Of a stretch of 64,000 nucleotides of DNA, positions 51,446-64,000 are shown piece after piece (position 1 is the first letter of the stretch; every line of letters starts with the position of its first letter). This stretch comes from Mizuhopecten yessoensis. Lineage: Eukaryota. Position numbers and translations under genes: made by a program. Location: NCBI RefSeq assembly GCF_002113885.1, contig NW_018407426.1, forward strand, positions 809,938 to 873,937, written 5' to 3'. Below the pieces are notes generated by a model, which had not been told where the DNA came from, ran no database searches, and saw only the letters and a program-made list of their open reading frames with translations.

Positions 51446-51914
51446 TCATGAACATTGATGCGGTGATTCTGTTGTACACTTTAGTGTTGGGACTACTATA
51501 CGGCTATAACATAACACTTTGGTTGTTTCATGTTACCTTTATGCTCTGATCTATAAGGAGATTACGCAGTATATAAAGTTACGATACCATATAATATCGG
51601 TTCCAGTTTTAATCCGCTTCTCAACCACGTATACTATGTATAGACAAACAACAAAGCCCTTTAGGCTAATCGTCATCGGCAGAGAATTGTCAAGAATCAG
51701 TCAGCAATCTACCTGCGGGCTGATTAGTCCCCGGTGATCATCCTGAATTACGTATGGACATGTTACAGCGATCTTCAATAACAAGGGTCGGATCAATTTT
51801 ATATTATTTCATTTTCGTGCAGCCTAGAGATGATATCTGATCAATATCCATTGGTGTGTGTATCGTTTGATGTTTTCTGTTAACGCATACAATGAAGGGA
51901 GAAATTCAGAGTGT

Positions 51915-54900
51915 GGTGTTGTTTTTTGTTGTCATAAGTGGTGATATGATATTTTTTTCGTATAATGTTGTGTTGTTTTCGTTGTCACAAGTGAGGATAT
52001 GAGGTGTTAAGCGTGTATTGTTGTATTGTGTTTGTTGTCACATGTGGGGATATGAGATGTTTAGCGTGTATTGTTGTATTGGTTTTGTTGTCACGTGTGG
52101 AGATATGAGATGTTTAGCGTGTATTGTTGTGTTGTTTTTGTTGTCATGTGTAGGGATATGAGATGTTTGTCGTGTATTGTCGTGTTGTTTTTGTACATGT
52201 GGGGATATGAGATGTTTAGCGTATATTGTTGTGTTGTTTTTGTTTTCACATGTAGGGATATGAGATGTTTAGTGTGTATTGTTGTATTGTGTTTGTTGTC
52301 ACATGTGGGGTTGTGTTATGTTTAGCGTATATTGTTGTGTTGTTTTTGTTTTCACATGTAGGGATATGAGATGTTTAGTGTGTATTATTGTGTTGGTTTT
52401 GTTGTCACGGGTGGGGATATGAGATGTTTAGTGTGTATTGTTGTATTGGTTTTGTTGTCACGTGTGGGGATATGAGATGTTTAGCGTGTATTGTTGTGTT
52501 GTTTTTGTTGTCACGTGTAGGGATATGAGATGTTTAGCGTGTATTGTTGTGTTGGTTTTGTTGTCACACGGGGAATATGACATGTTAAGCGTGTATTGTT
52601 GTCACGTATGGGGATATGAGATGTTTAGCGTGTATTGTTGTATTGTGTTTGTTGTCACGTGTGGGGATATGAGCTGTTTAGCGTGTATTGTCGTGTTGTG
52701 TTTGTTGTCACATGTGGGGATATGAGATGTTTAGCGTATATTGTCGTGTTGTGTTTGTTGTGTCATGTGGGGATATGAGATGTTTGGTGTGTATTGTTGT
52801 GTTGCTTTTGTTGTCATGTGTGGGGATATGAGATGTTAAGCGTATATTGTTGTGTTGTTTTTGTTGTCATGTGTAGGGATATGAGATGTTTGTCGTGTAT
52901 TGTCGTGTTGTTTTTGTTGCCACGTGTTGGGATATGAGATGTTTAGCGTATATTGTCGTGTTGTGTTTGTTGTCACCTGTGGGAATATGAGATGTTTAGC
53001 GTATATTGTCGTGTTGTATTTGTTGTGTCATGTGGGGATATGAGATGTTTGGTGGGTATTGTTGTGTTGCTTTTGTTTTCATGTGTGGGGATATGAGATG
53101 TTAAGCGTATATTGTTGTGTTGTTTTTGTTGTCATGTGTAGGGATATGAGATGTTTGTCGTGTATTGTCGTGTTGTTTTTGTTGTCACGTGTGGGGATAT
53201 GAGATGTTTGTCATGTATTGTTGTTTTTGATGTTGTTGTTACATGTAGGGATACGAGATGTTTGTCGTATATTGTTGTGTTGTTTTTGTTGTCACGTGTA
53301 GGAATATGAGATGTTTGTCGTGTATTGTCGTGTTGTTTTTGTTGTCACGTGTTGGGATATGAGATGTTTAGTGTGTATTGTTGTGTTGGTTTTGTTGTCA
53401 CGTGTGGGGATATGAGATGTTTAGTGTGTATTGTTGTATTGGTTTTGTTGTCACGTGTGGGGATATGAGATATTTAGCGTGTATTGTTGTGTTGTTTTTG
53501 TTGTCACGTGTGGGGATATGAGATGTTTGTAGTGTTTATTGTTGTGTTGGTTTTGTTGTTACACGGAGAATATGACATGTTAAGCGTGTATTGTTGTCAC
53601 GTATGGGGATATGAGATGTTTAGCGTGTATTGTTGTATTGTGTTTGTTGTCACATGTGGGGATATGAGATCTTTAGTGTATATTCTTGTGTTGTTTTTGT
53701 TTTCATATGTAGGGATATGAGATGTTTAGTGTGTATTATTGTGTTGTTTTCTTGTCACGTGTGGGGATATGAGATGTTTAGTGTGTATTGTTGTATTGGT
53801 TTTGTTGTCACGTGTGGGGATATGAGATGTTTAGCGTATATTGTCGTGTTGTGTTTGTTGTGTCATGTGGGGATATGAGATGTTTGGTGTGTATTGTTGT
53901 GTTGCTTTTGTTGTCATGTGTGGGGATATGAGATGTTAAGCGTATATTGTTGTGTTGTTTTTGTTGTCACGTGTAGGGATATGAGATGTTTGTCGTGTAT
54001 TGTCGTGTTGTTTTTGTTGTCACGTGTGGGGATATGAGATGTTTAGTGTGTATTGTTGTATTGGTTTTGTTGTCACGTGTGGGGATATGAGATATTTAGC
54101 GTGTATTGTTGTGTTGTTTTTGTTGTCACGTGTGGGGATATGAGATGTTTAGTGTGTATTGTTGTGTTGGTTTTGTTGTCACGTGTGGGGATATGAGATG
54201 TTTAGTGTGTATTGTTGTATTGGTTTTGTTGTCACGTGTGGGGATATGAGATGTTTAGCGTGTATTGTTGTGTTGTTTTTGTTGTCACGTGTAGGGATAT
54301 GAGATGTTTAGCGTGTATTGTTGTGTTGGTTTTGTTGTCACACGGGGAATATGACATGTTAAGCGTGTATTGTTGTCACGTATGGGGATATGAGATGTTT
54401 AGCGTTTATTGTTGTATTGTGTTTGTTGTCACGTGTGGGGATATGAGATGTTTAGCGTGTATTGTCGTGTTGTGTTTGTTGTCACATGTGGGGATATGAG
54501 ATGTTTAGCGTGTATTGTTGTATTGTGTTTGTTGTCACATGTGGGAATATGAGATGTTTAGCGTATATTGTCGTGTTGTGTTTGTTGTGTCATGTGGGGA
54601 TATGAGATGTTTGGTGTGTATTGTTGTGTTGCTTTTGTTGTCATGTGTGGGGATATGAGATGTTAAGCGTATATTGTTGTGTTGTTTTTGTTGTCATGTG
54701 TGGGGATATGAGATGTTTGTCATGTATTGTCGTGTTGTTTTTGTTGTCATGTGTGGGGTATGAGATGTTTGTCATGTATTGTTGTTTTTGATGTTGTTGT
54801 TACATGTAGGGATACGAGATGTTGGTCGTATATTGTTGTGTTGTTTTTGTTGTCACGTGTAGGAATATGAGATGTTTGTCGTGTATTGTCGTGTTGATTT

Positions 54901-57900
54901 TGTTGTCATGTGTGGGGATATGAGATGTTAAGCGTATATTGTTGTGTTGTTTTTGTTGTCATGTGTAGGGATATGAGATGTTTGTCGTGTATTGTCGTGT
55001 TGTTTTTGTTGTCACATGTTGGGATATGAGATTTTTAGTGTGTATTGTTGTGTTGGTTTTGTTGTCACGTGTGGGGATATGAAATGTTTAGTGTGTATTG
55101 TTGTATTTGTTTTGTTGTCACGTGTGGGGATATGAGATGTTTAGCGTGTATTGTTGTGTTGTTTTTGTTGTCACGTGTAGGGATATGAGATGTTTAGTGT
55201 GTATTGTTGTGTTGGTTTTTTTGTCACACGGGGAATATGACATGTTAAGCGTGTATTGTTGTCAAGGATGGGGATATGATATCTTTAGATGTTTAGCGTG
55301 TATTGTTGTATTGTGTTTGTTGTCACATGTTGGAATATGAGATGTTTAGCGTATATTGTCGTGTTGTGTTTGTTGTGTCTTGTGGGGGTATGAGATGTTT
55401 GTCATGTATTGTTGTTTTTGATGTTGTTGTGTCACGTATGGGGATATGATATGTTTAGTGTGTATTGTGGTATTGGTTTTGTTGTCACTTGTGGGGATAT
55501 GATATGTTTAGTGTGTATTGTGGTATTGGTTTTGTTGTCACGTGTTGGGATATGAGATGGTTAGTGTGTATTGTTGTGTTGGATTTGTTGTAACACGGGG
55601 AATATGACATGTTAAGAGTGTATTGTTGTCAAGGATGGGGATATGATATGTTTAGTGTGTATTGTGGTATTGGTTTTGTTGTCACTAGTGGGGGTATGTG
55701 ATGTTTAGCGTGTATTGATGTGTTGTTTTTGTTGTCATGTGTAGGGATATGAGATGTTTGTCATGTATTGTCGTGTTGTTTTTTTTGTCATGTGTCGGGA
55801 TATGAGATGTTTAGTGTGTATTGTTGTATTGGTTTTGTTGTCACTAGTGGGGATATGAGATGTTTAGCGTGTATTGTTGTGTTGTTTTTGTTGTCACGTG
55901 TGGGGATATGAGATGTTTAGTGTGTATTGTTGTGTTGGATTTGTTGTCACACGGGGAATATGACATGTTAAGCGTGTATTGTTGTCACGTATGGGGATAT
56001 GATATGTTTAGCGTATATTGTTGTATTGTGTTTGTTGTCACATGTGAGGATATGAGATGTTTAGCGTATATTGTTGTGTTGTTTTTGTTTTCACATGTAG
56101 GGATATGAGATGTTTAGTGTGTATTATTGTGTTGGTTTTGTCGTCACGTGTGGGGATATGAGATGTTTAGTGTGTATTGTTGTATTGGTTTTGTTGTCAC
56201 GTGTGGGAATATGAGATGTTTGTCGTGTATTGTCGTGTTGTTTTTGTTGTCAGGTATGGGGATATGAGATGTTTAGCGTGTATTGTTGTGTTGTTTTTAT
56301 TGTCAGGTGTGGGGATATGAGATGTTTGTCGCGTATTGTTGTATTGTGTTTGTTGTCAAGGAGGGGGATATGAGATGTTTGTCGTGTGTTGTCGTGTTGG
56401 TTTTGTTGTCACATGTGGGGATATGAGATATTTAGCGTATATTGTTGTGTTGTGTTTGTTGTATCGTGTGGGGATATACGATGTTTATCGTGTGGTTTTT
56501 GATGTCACATGTGGGGATATGAGATGTTTGTCGCGTATTGTTGTATTGTGTTTGTTGTCGCGTATGTGGATATGAGATGTTTGTCGTGTATTGTCGTGTT
56601 GGTTTTGGTGTATCGTGTGGGGATATACGATGTTTGTCGTGTTGTTATTGTTGTCACATGTAGGGATATGAGATGTATGTCGTGTATTGTTGTGTAGTTT
56701 TTGTTGTCACGTGTAGGGATATGAGATGTTTGTCGTGTATTGTTGTGTAGTTTTTGTTGTCAGGGATGGGGATATGAGGTGTTTGTCGTGTTGTTTTTGT
56801 TGTCACGTGTGGGGATATGAGATGTTTAGCGTGTATTAATGTGTTGGTTTTGTTGTCACGTGTGGGGATATGAGATATTTAGCGTGTATTGTTGTGTTGT
56901 TTTTGTTGTCACGTGTAGGGATATGAGATGTTTAGCGTTCATTGTTGTGTTGGTTTTGTTGTCACACGGGGAATATGACATGTTAAGCGTGTATTGTTGT
57001 CACGTATGGGGATATGAGATGTTTAGCGTGTATTGTTGTATTGTGTTTGTTGTCACGTGTGGGGATATGAGCTGTTTAGCGTGTATTGTCGTGTTGTGTT
57101 TGTTGTCACCTGTGGGGATATGAGTTGTTTAGCGTGTTTTGTTGTATTGTGTTTGTTGTCACATGTGGGAATATGAGATGTTTAGCGTATGTTGTCGTGT
57201 TGTTTTTGTTGCTACCTGTGGAAATATGAGATGTTTAGCGTATATTGTCGTGTTGTATTTGTTGTGGGGATATGAGATGTTAAGCGTATATTGTTGTAGA
57301 TGTTTAGCGTATGTTGTCGTGTTGTGTTTGGTTTTTGATGTTGTTGTTACATGTAGGGATACGAGATGTTTGTCGTATATTGTTGTGTTGTTTTTGTTGT
57401 CACGTGTAGGGATATGAGATGTTTGTCGTGTATTGTTGTGTAGTTTTTGGGGATATGAGATGTTTAGCGTGTATTGTTGTATTGTGTTTGTTGTCACATG
57501 TGGGAATATGAGATGTTTAGCGTATGTTGTCGTGTTGTGTTTGTTGCTACCTGTGGAAATATGAGATGTTTAGCGTATATTGTCGTGTTGTATTTGTTGT
57601 GTCATGTGGGGATATGAGATGTTTGGTGGGTATTGTTGTGTTGCTTTTGTTTTCATGTGTGGGGATATGAGATGTTAAGCGTATATTGTTGTGTTGTTTT
57701 TGTTGTCATGTGTGGGGTATGAGATGTTTGTTATGTATTGTTGTTTTTGATGTTGTTGTTACATGTAGGGATACGAGATGTTTGTCGTATATTGCTGTGT
57801 TCTTGTTGTCACGTGTAGGAATATGAGATGTTTGTCGTGTATTGTCGTTTTGTTTTTGTTGTCATGTGTGGGGATATGAGATGTTAAGCGTATATTGTTG

Positions 57901-59375
57901 TGTTGTTTTTGTTGTCATGTGTAGGGATATGAGATGTTTGTCGTGTATTGTCGTGGTGTTTTTGTTGTCACGTGTTGGGATATGAGATGTTTAGTGTGTA
58001 TTGTTGTGTTTGTTTTGTTGTCACGTGTAGGGATATGAGACGTTTGGTTTGTATTTTTGTTATGTTTTTGATGACACGTGTAGGGATATGAGATGTTTGT
58101 CGTGTATTATCGTGTTGTTTTTGTTGTCACGTGTTGGGATATGAGATGTTTAGGGTGTATTGTTGTGTAGTTTTTGTTGTCAGGTGTAGGGATATGAGGT
58201 GTTTGTCGTGTTGTTTTTGTTGTCACGTGTGAGGATATGAGATGTTAAGCGTATATTGTCGTGTTGTGTTTGTTGTCACCAGTGGGAATATGAGATGTTT
58301 AGCGTATATTGTCGTGTTGTGTTTGTTGTCACCAGTGGGAATATGAGATGTTTAGCGTATATTGTCGTGTTGTATTTGTTGTGTCATGTGGGGATATGAG
58401 ATGTTTGGTGGGTATTGTTGTGTTGCTTTTGTTTTCATGTGTGGGGATATGAGATGTTAAGCGTATATTGCTGTGTTGTTTTTGTTGTCATGTGTAGGGA
58501 TATGAGATGTTTGTCGTGTATTATCGTGTTGTTTTTGTTGTCACGTGTTGGGATATGTGATGTTTAGTGTGTATTGTTGTGTTTGTTTTGTTGTCACGTG
58601 TGGGGATATGAGATGTTTAGTGTGTATTGTTGTGTTTGTTTTGTTGTCACGTGTTGGGATATGAGATGTTTAGTGTGTATTGTTTTGTTGGTTTTGTTGT
58701 CACGTGTAGGGATATGAGATGTTTAGTGTGTATTGTTGTGTAGTTTTTGTTGTCAGGTGTAGGGATATGAGGTGTTTGTCGTGTTGTTTTTGTTGTCACG
58801 TGTGAGGATATGAGATGTTAAGCGTATATTGTCGTGTTGTGTTTGTTGTGTCATGTGGGGATATGAGATGTTTGTCGTGTATTGTTGTGTTGTTTTTGTT
58901 GTCAGGTGTGGGGATATGAGATGTTTGTCGCGTATTGTTGTATTGTGTTTGTTTTCACGTATGGGGAAATGAGATGTTTGTCGTGTATTGTCGTGTTGGT
59001 TTTGTTGTATCGTGGGGGGATATACGATGTTTATCGTGTTGTTTTTGTTGTCACATGTGGGGATATGAGATGTTTGTCGCGTATTGTTGCATTGTGTTTG
59101 TTGTCGCGTATGGGGATATGAGATGTTTGTCGTGTATTGTCGTGTTGGTTTTGTTGTATCGTGTGGGGATATACGATGTTTGTCGGGTTGTTATTGTTGT
59201 CACATGTAGGGATATGAGATGTATGTCGTGTATTGTTGTGTAGTTTTTGTTGTCAGGTGTGGGGATATGAGGTGTTTGTCGTGTTGTTTTTGTTGTCACG
59301 TGTGAGGATATGAGATGTTCAGTGCGTATTGTTGTTTTTGATTTTGTTTTTATATGTAAGGTTGTGAGATGTTTA
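51915..59375. repeat. ~7.4-kb GT-rich satellite, 53-bp unit, roughly 140 copies, with higher-order blocks
   Basis: Consensus GTCACGTGTGGGGATATGAGATGTTTAGCGTGTATTGTTGTGTTGTTTTTGTT. A shorter variant GTCACACGGGGAATATGACATGTTAAGCGTGTATTGTT recurs through the array. Confidence 0.95.
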
Positions 59376-60249
59376 GCAGGCCCGGGTATGTTATATGTTT
59401 AACAGAGGTCATTATTTTGTCAATGCCTCCGCTAGAAGACGAGAATCTCCCTAGCTGTGTCGGTAGGAAGCGGCTAATATTTTACCAGGGTGACATAGGT
59501 GCTATACATATACTATATAGGCTATGAATAACTCTCACTGTTGTCGACGTCATACCATTAGTCCACGACTACTATTGACGTATCTATGGATGTTTTATAT
59601 AGGCTATAAATATGTTATAGGATATTTTATATGGTATCAGAGGGGGTTGCACAAAATATTAAACTTAGAAAAAGACAGATTTTTGCACTTATCCGGTACT
59701 AATATATTAAAATGTTAATGGCTGTTCTGAATGTATACTAATTTCTGTCAACAAAAATCTAGAACATTTTGGCAATTTAATATTAATTTATTTTGTCATA
59801 AATATGAATTATGATTGAACTATTTGTCTTATATTCAACAAGGGCAACACCGGTCTTACAAATAATTAAGTATTTATTTTAAAAACATTTCTAATGAAAA
59901 GGATGTACACGCCAAGCTTTTATGCTAACATTGGTTATAAGTCACCTGATGAAGTGATGATAAGGAGGATGCTTCATTGTCTTTGAAATTTTTGAAATAT
60001 ATCTTTTTAATTGGTATAATTTATCACTCCTAATGACCATGTGCACTTGAAACCACAGGTGAAAATACATGTCACATCAAAGGTAGGGTCTATTTCATCA
60101 TAGATACTATTTCTATTTCTATGTAACTCGAGTTTGATCAGGATTTCAATTTTTTAAGATACAAAGTTTACCGACTGTCTTTTACAATTTGAAAATTAAC
60201 TAAATAATACACATTAGTTTTATGGATAACACAATCCAGATTCCACTGG

Positions 60250-60396
60250 GATCATGTCCGATCGTTTCGTTTTCTTTCCGGTAAGTAGTCGGACCGAAAT
60301 GCTGTTGACTTTAATCTACTTCCGGTTACCTCAATGGCACATGTTATGATGTTTCCAGCGGCCCGTTTCAAGTGTTGTTGTATGCCTACGGTAAGT
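60250..60396 (+). promoter_or_regulatory. Candidate promoter / non-coding first exon(s) of the FASTKD5-like gene
   Basis: CpG-enriched patch, ETS-type ACTTCCGG at 60319-60326, and two consensus donors CG|GTAAGT at 60281 and 60391. A matching acceptor tttccag ends at 61442. Confidence 0.5.
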
Positions 60397-61474
60397 AGTG
60401 GTCTATACGCGGTTTGGATTGATTGTCCTTGGCGATCGGGCATCAGGAAAATCGAAACATTAATATCATGTTACATAACGTCAACCATGGGTTCTTTACC
60501 GATAGGCCAGCTCTGCATGGACACCAGCTGACCACAGGGGACAGGGGCTTGTATATATGATATAGACTTTGATGATAAAATTAGTCTTTATGTATATAGG
60601 TATTTCTAGCTAATTTTATCATAAAAGTCTTTACAAGCCCATGTGAGCTGACAGTTACAGACTTACACAACACAGCAACAGTTTATATAATATACATACA
60701 AACTGTATATGTATTACAGATATAAGAATGTTATATTACAAAATCCCTCCCTATAAAATGCTGTGCAGTTGATTTTTGAGACTTAGATAATCCTGTGCAC
60801 ATGGGTCTCAAAAACCTTTTGAGAACTCATTATTACCAAGTTACATAAGGAATGTGAATCTATGAAAAAGTGCAAAAGATGTTCATGACTCGATTAAAAA
60901 AATCTACAGAAATCACTGAGTGTACATACATGTGCTCAGCCTAAATTTCACCGTCTTGGTCATGATGTACGTATTAGACATTGTATATCTAAAGACACAA
61001 ATTAAAGATCTGAATTCAGATACAGTTAATGATTTTCAAGATTCTATTTATACCAGTGACTAACAATCTGTGAGTTACGTATGTTGATATAATCTCTAAC
61101 AAATGTCGCCATTAATCTGTTAAGATGTTGACATATATTCTCAGATTATTTTGTCCTAATTTGTAAATTATTTTGACTTAAAACAAAAAAGTATAAGCTT
61201 AAGTAATGTTGCCCAGAATATATAGCTTGTAATTATAAGTAATTATATAAATAACTTTGATTTTTATCATATAAATGCTCAGGTGTGACATCAACTGCTC
61301 TATGAAACCTAAAACGAGGCTAACTGGTAACTAAGTACTCAGTATAATAGTAGAACACACTGTAAATGAATTGCAACTGCCCTTATTGTTTTGATAGTAT
61401 ATCATTACCAGTTTGATACCTTGCTAAATTCTTTCTTTCCAGGATATTGAAAAAAACCTTACTGATGAAGGAAT

Positions 61475-62756
61475 ATGATGATACGATGGATACTTGGAGC
61501 CACTGCTAGGAGCATGAGCATCTTGAGTCCTAAGCTTGTACTTGGCTGCCTCGAGCGTCGCCCACCCTTGATCCACGTCGTGATGTTCAATTATAACCGA
61601 AAAGCAACTTATGATCAATTACTACACTTTCAGCTTAGAACACTACATCAATGTAAACGTAGAACCAGTGCTGAACAAAATGGCTCACTTTCGTTTGGAA
61701 AAGTTTCACCCGACATTGCATATTGGGCAAATGGGATTCTTCCAGTATACCAGAATTCGGATTTCAACTTTCAAAACTTGAAACTTTACGAGAAAAACAC
61801 CATCAAGGATTTTGGTTCCTTAACTTATAGAGATGTGTTTAGTAGGGTGCGATATCTAGTTGTACAACAATATATATGCCATGACCTCCTAAAACATATT
61901 CTCGCGGATGCTACTGAAACATTCCACACACATTCCTGGAGTCCAGACTCCATAGCTCAAATAATGTATTGTGCTTTTGTTGTTGGCAATATGGAAATGA
62001 GTTTATTTAAGGACATTGAAATACATATGCTTTCAGACAGCCAGATATACAATGCCAAACAGAATATCATGCTGTTGAAGGCATGCATTAGATGCAGGAA
62101 AAATTTCAGTGTGATTCTTCTCCAGAAAATATGGGACTCATTTAACAGTTTTAACTTTGGCCTGTGTTACCCTAAAGAGGCCCGGTTTCTTCAGAGTGCT
62201 TTTATATCATATATGGCTTGTCTTCCCTTGAAGGAGTTTGAGAAAGTGTTTCAGGATGAAGAGTTTTTGTTGTTGGCTTTCGAATATACCAAGAGAATAA
62301 TGGAAGAGGCAGATACTATTGAGATGTCTGAAATATGCTGTTACATAAAACTTTTAAAACGTGCCAGGTTTTACCATAGACCTCTATTAGATAAAGTAGT
62401 CTGGTATATCAACAGAGAACAAATGGGAAAGAGACTTAGAGATGACAGAAATTTGAGAGTACGAAGGAAAGATTTGGCTAACATTTGCTGGGCTTTGGCA
62501 TCTAGTGGTATGAAAGGAAAGAATGTGCGCCTGTGCTTTGAGAATCTACAACAGATGTATGATCAACACTCGAGTGAAGACAAAATCAACTCCTATATTG
62601 TCACTTCAAATGGTCCTGGAGAACATGAGAACCATGAACTGAAGAATATTGACATGAGCAGGATGATCATGTTAGCAGCGTATACTGTAGCTGGCATATT
62701 TCATTACGATTTGATTGACAGTGTTCTCCGTGATGAAATAGCCGAGAACTGCCTGG
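61475..62756 (+). CDS. FASTKD5-like mitochondrial RNA-binding protein, first coding exon
   Basis: Arg/Ser/Leu-rich, acid-poor N-terminus (presequence-like); helical body; RRKDLANICWAL resembles FASTKD5 RSKDVAKILWSF (recalled); donor CTGG|GTAAGG, phase 1. Confidence 0.72.
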
Positions 62757-62816
62757 GTAAGGGTACAGCTAGTCCGAATTATTCTGACGTTTTATCGACT
62801 TTATTTTAATTAATGT

Positions 62817-63253
62817 GAGGAACCTGGCTCTCTATAATATGCGGGAAATATTGCGAGCCGCGCCCGGGTCGCACTTCAAACTGATATTTTAGAAACAAAT
62901 CGTTACTTTCACACACATGTCGCACATGGATCGAAAGATCTATTCTTTATGCACAAGATGAACATACATAACATGCCTCAAACAACCAATACAATCACTT
63001 AAAACATATATTTTCATGCCCTAATTTCCATTAAAAACATGGGTTGGTATAGAAAATGTTAGAAAATACTGTTCAAAATGATCTTTGAAACATGTTATTG
63101 ATACCCCACCTAGTGCATAAAGAATAGATCTTTCGATCCATGTGCGACATGTGTGTGAAAGTGACGATTTGTTTCTAAAATATCAGTTTGAAGTGTGACC
63201 CGGGCGCGGCTCGCATATTTCGCGCATATTGTACAGCAGGATCAAGTTTCCTC
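62817..63253. mobile_element. Foldback MITE with ~138-bp near-perfect TIRs
   Basis: 62817-62954 is close to the reverse complement of 63113-63253; spacer ~158 bp; termini GAGGAA...TTCCTC. Confidence 0.85.
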
Positions 63254-63544
63254 ATTATCGTTATACTTTTATTTTTTAAATTGATTTTATGAAAATCAAA
63301 GTATCAGAGTTTTTGTCAGTTTTCATATTTTTCCTTTTTTGGGCTGTGGCATTTTTTGGAAACATCATTAAAATAATATAATAAAGAAATATATAATTGA
63401 TCAAATTGCAGTAGCTGTTTGTATCTCGAAAGAAAATATTTAGGTAGGTGCTTCATTCTTATAATTCCTAGAGACTACTATAATTTTTGCAGATAATTTA
63501 AGTATAGTGCTATATTCATATGCATGGAACTAAATAATATTCAG

Positions 63545-63646
63545 CCAATCAAATCCCAAGATCACTTGTACTCACCCAATCAAATCCCAAGATCACTTGT
63601 ACTCACCCAATCGAATCCCAAGATCACTTGTACTCACCCAATCAAA
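63545..63646. repeat. 31-bp tandem repeat, ~3.3 copies
   Basis: CCAATCAAATCCCAAGATCACTTGTACTCAC at 63545, 63576, 63607. Confidence 0.9.
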
Positions 63647-63724
63647 TTGTTTCTAGGTCATATAACACTTGTGACATATGAAAAAATTATGAATTGATGT
63701 TCTTACATGTTATAAATAGATAAA

Positions 63725-63807
63725 CCCTTTCACCTCTATGTAACTTTAGTAGACTCTACCATGTATTGATATGGACGAGTCCATTATAGTCTACAGTGGT
63801 GAAAGGG
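63725..63807. mobile_element. 83-bp piggyBac-type MITE (family 1), second copy
   Basis: Reverse-complement match to 2554-2636 (TAACTTTAGTAGACTCTACCAT); TTAA flanks are eroded. Confidence 0.65.
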
Positions 63808-63896
63808 TAAGTCTTGTTTCTGGTTTCATCTTTGAAATTTGTTTGCATAGTTCTAATAACAGTTGCTATATATTGTTTAAGTTAATAGTCGTCTAG

Positions 63897-63988
63897 ATCC
63901 TTTGATGACACAAACAGAACGCCTCCTGTTGATTCAAGCTTGTGTGGATTTGGAATGTCCAGATTACAAAGGAAGCAAGCTTTCCCCG
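63897..63988 (+). CDS. FASTKD5-like next coding exon (DPLMTQTERLLLIQACVDLECPDYKGSKLSP); gene continues beyond the right edge
   Basis: tctag/gtaagg boundaries, 92 nt, phase 1 to 0, compatible with the donor after 62756. LECPDYKGSKL resembles FASTKD5 IECPDYRGNRL (recalled). Confidence 0.75.
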
Positions 63989-64000
63989 GTAAGGACATAT

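Noticed and set aside
52071-59299. Many Cys/Val-rich ORFs resembling metallothionein or keratin-associated proteins
   Set aside because: They are translations of the 53-bp satellite. The unit is not a multiple of 3, stops are frequent, and there is no splice or codon structure.
62757-62809. C-terminus GKGTASPNYSDVLSTLF of the 444-aa ORF
   Set aside because: Read-through past a strong GTAAGG donor; FASTKD similarity resumes in the exon at 63897.

Overview
AT-rich animal genomic DNA, not prokaryotic. The SINE, pearl/HINE and Penelope repeat types suggest a bivalve mollusc (inference). Three intron-containing genes can be reconstructed by hand. (1) The 5' half of ARMC9 on the minus strand: 7 coding exons at 6696->1457, continuing off the left edge, with a U12-type minor-spliceosome intron (2723-2917) in front of a 28-nt micro-exon. 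(2) A two-coding-exon GPR161-like class A GPCR of 658 aa with a long C-tail ending in a CaaX-like CLSA. It appears twice inside an apparently identical 10,476-bp tandem duplication joined at a single N (32825), most likely an assembly artefact. (3) The 5' part of a FASTKD5-like mitochondrial RNA-processing gene (61475 onward). The rest is repeats: an 80-bp minisatellite, a 7.4-kb 53-bp GT-rich satellite, pearl/HINE-like elements, tRNA-derived SINEs (two families plus a third element share one 3' tail), TTAA- and CAG-flanked MITEs, a long foldback element, an L2-type LINE 3' end, Penelope RT remnants and a decayed Crypton tyrosine recombinase. Two three-level nested insertions are resolvable. 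I see no clearly novel multi-gene system. The best leads are the U12 intron/micro-exon, the possibly prenylated GPR161-like receptor and its divergent pairing with the ciliary gene ARMC9. All family assignments are from recalled motifs, not database searches.
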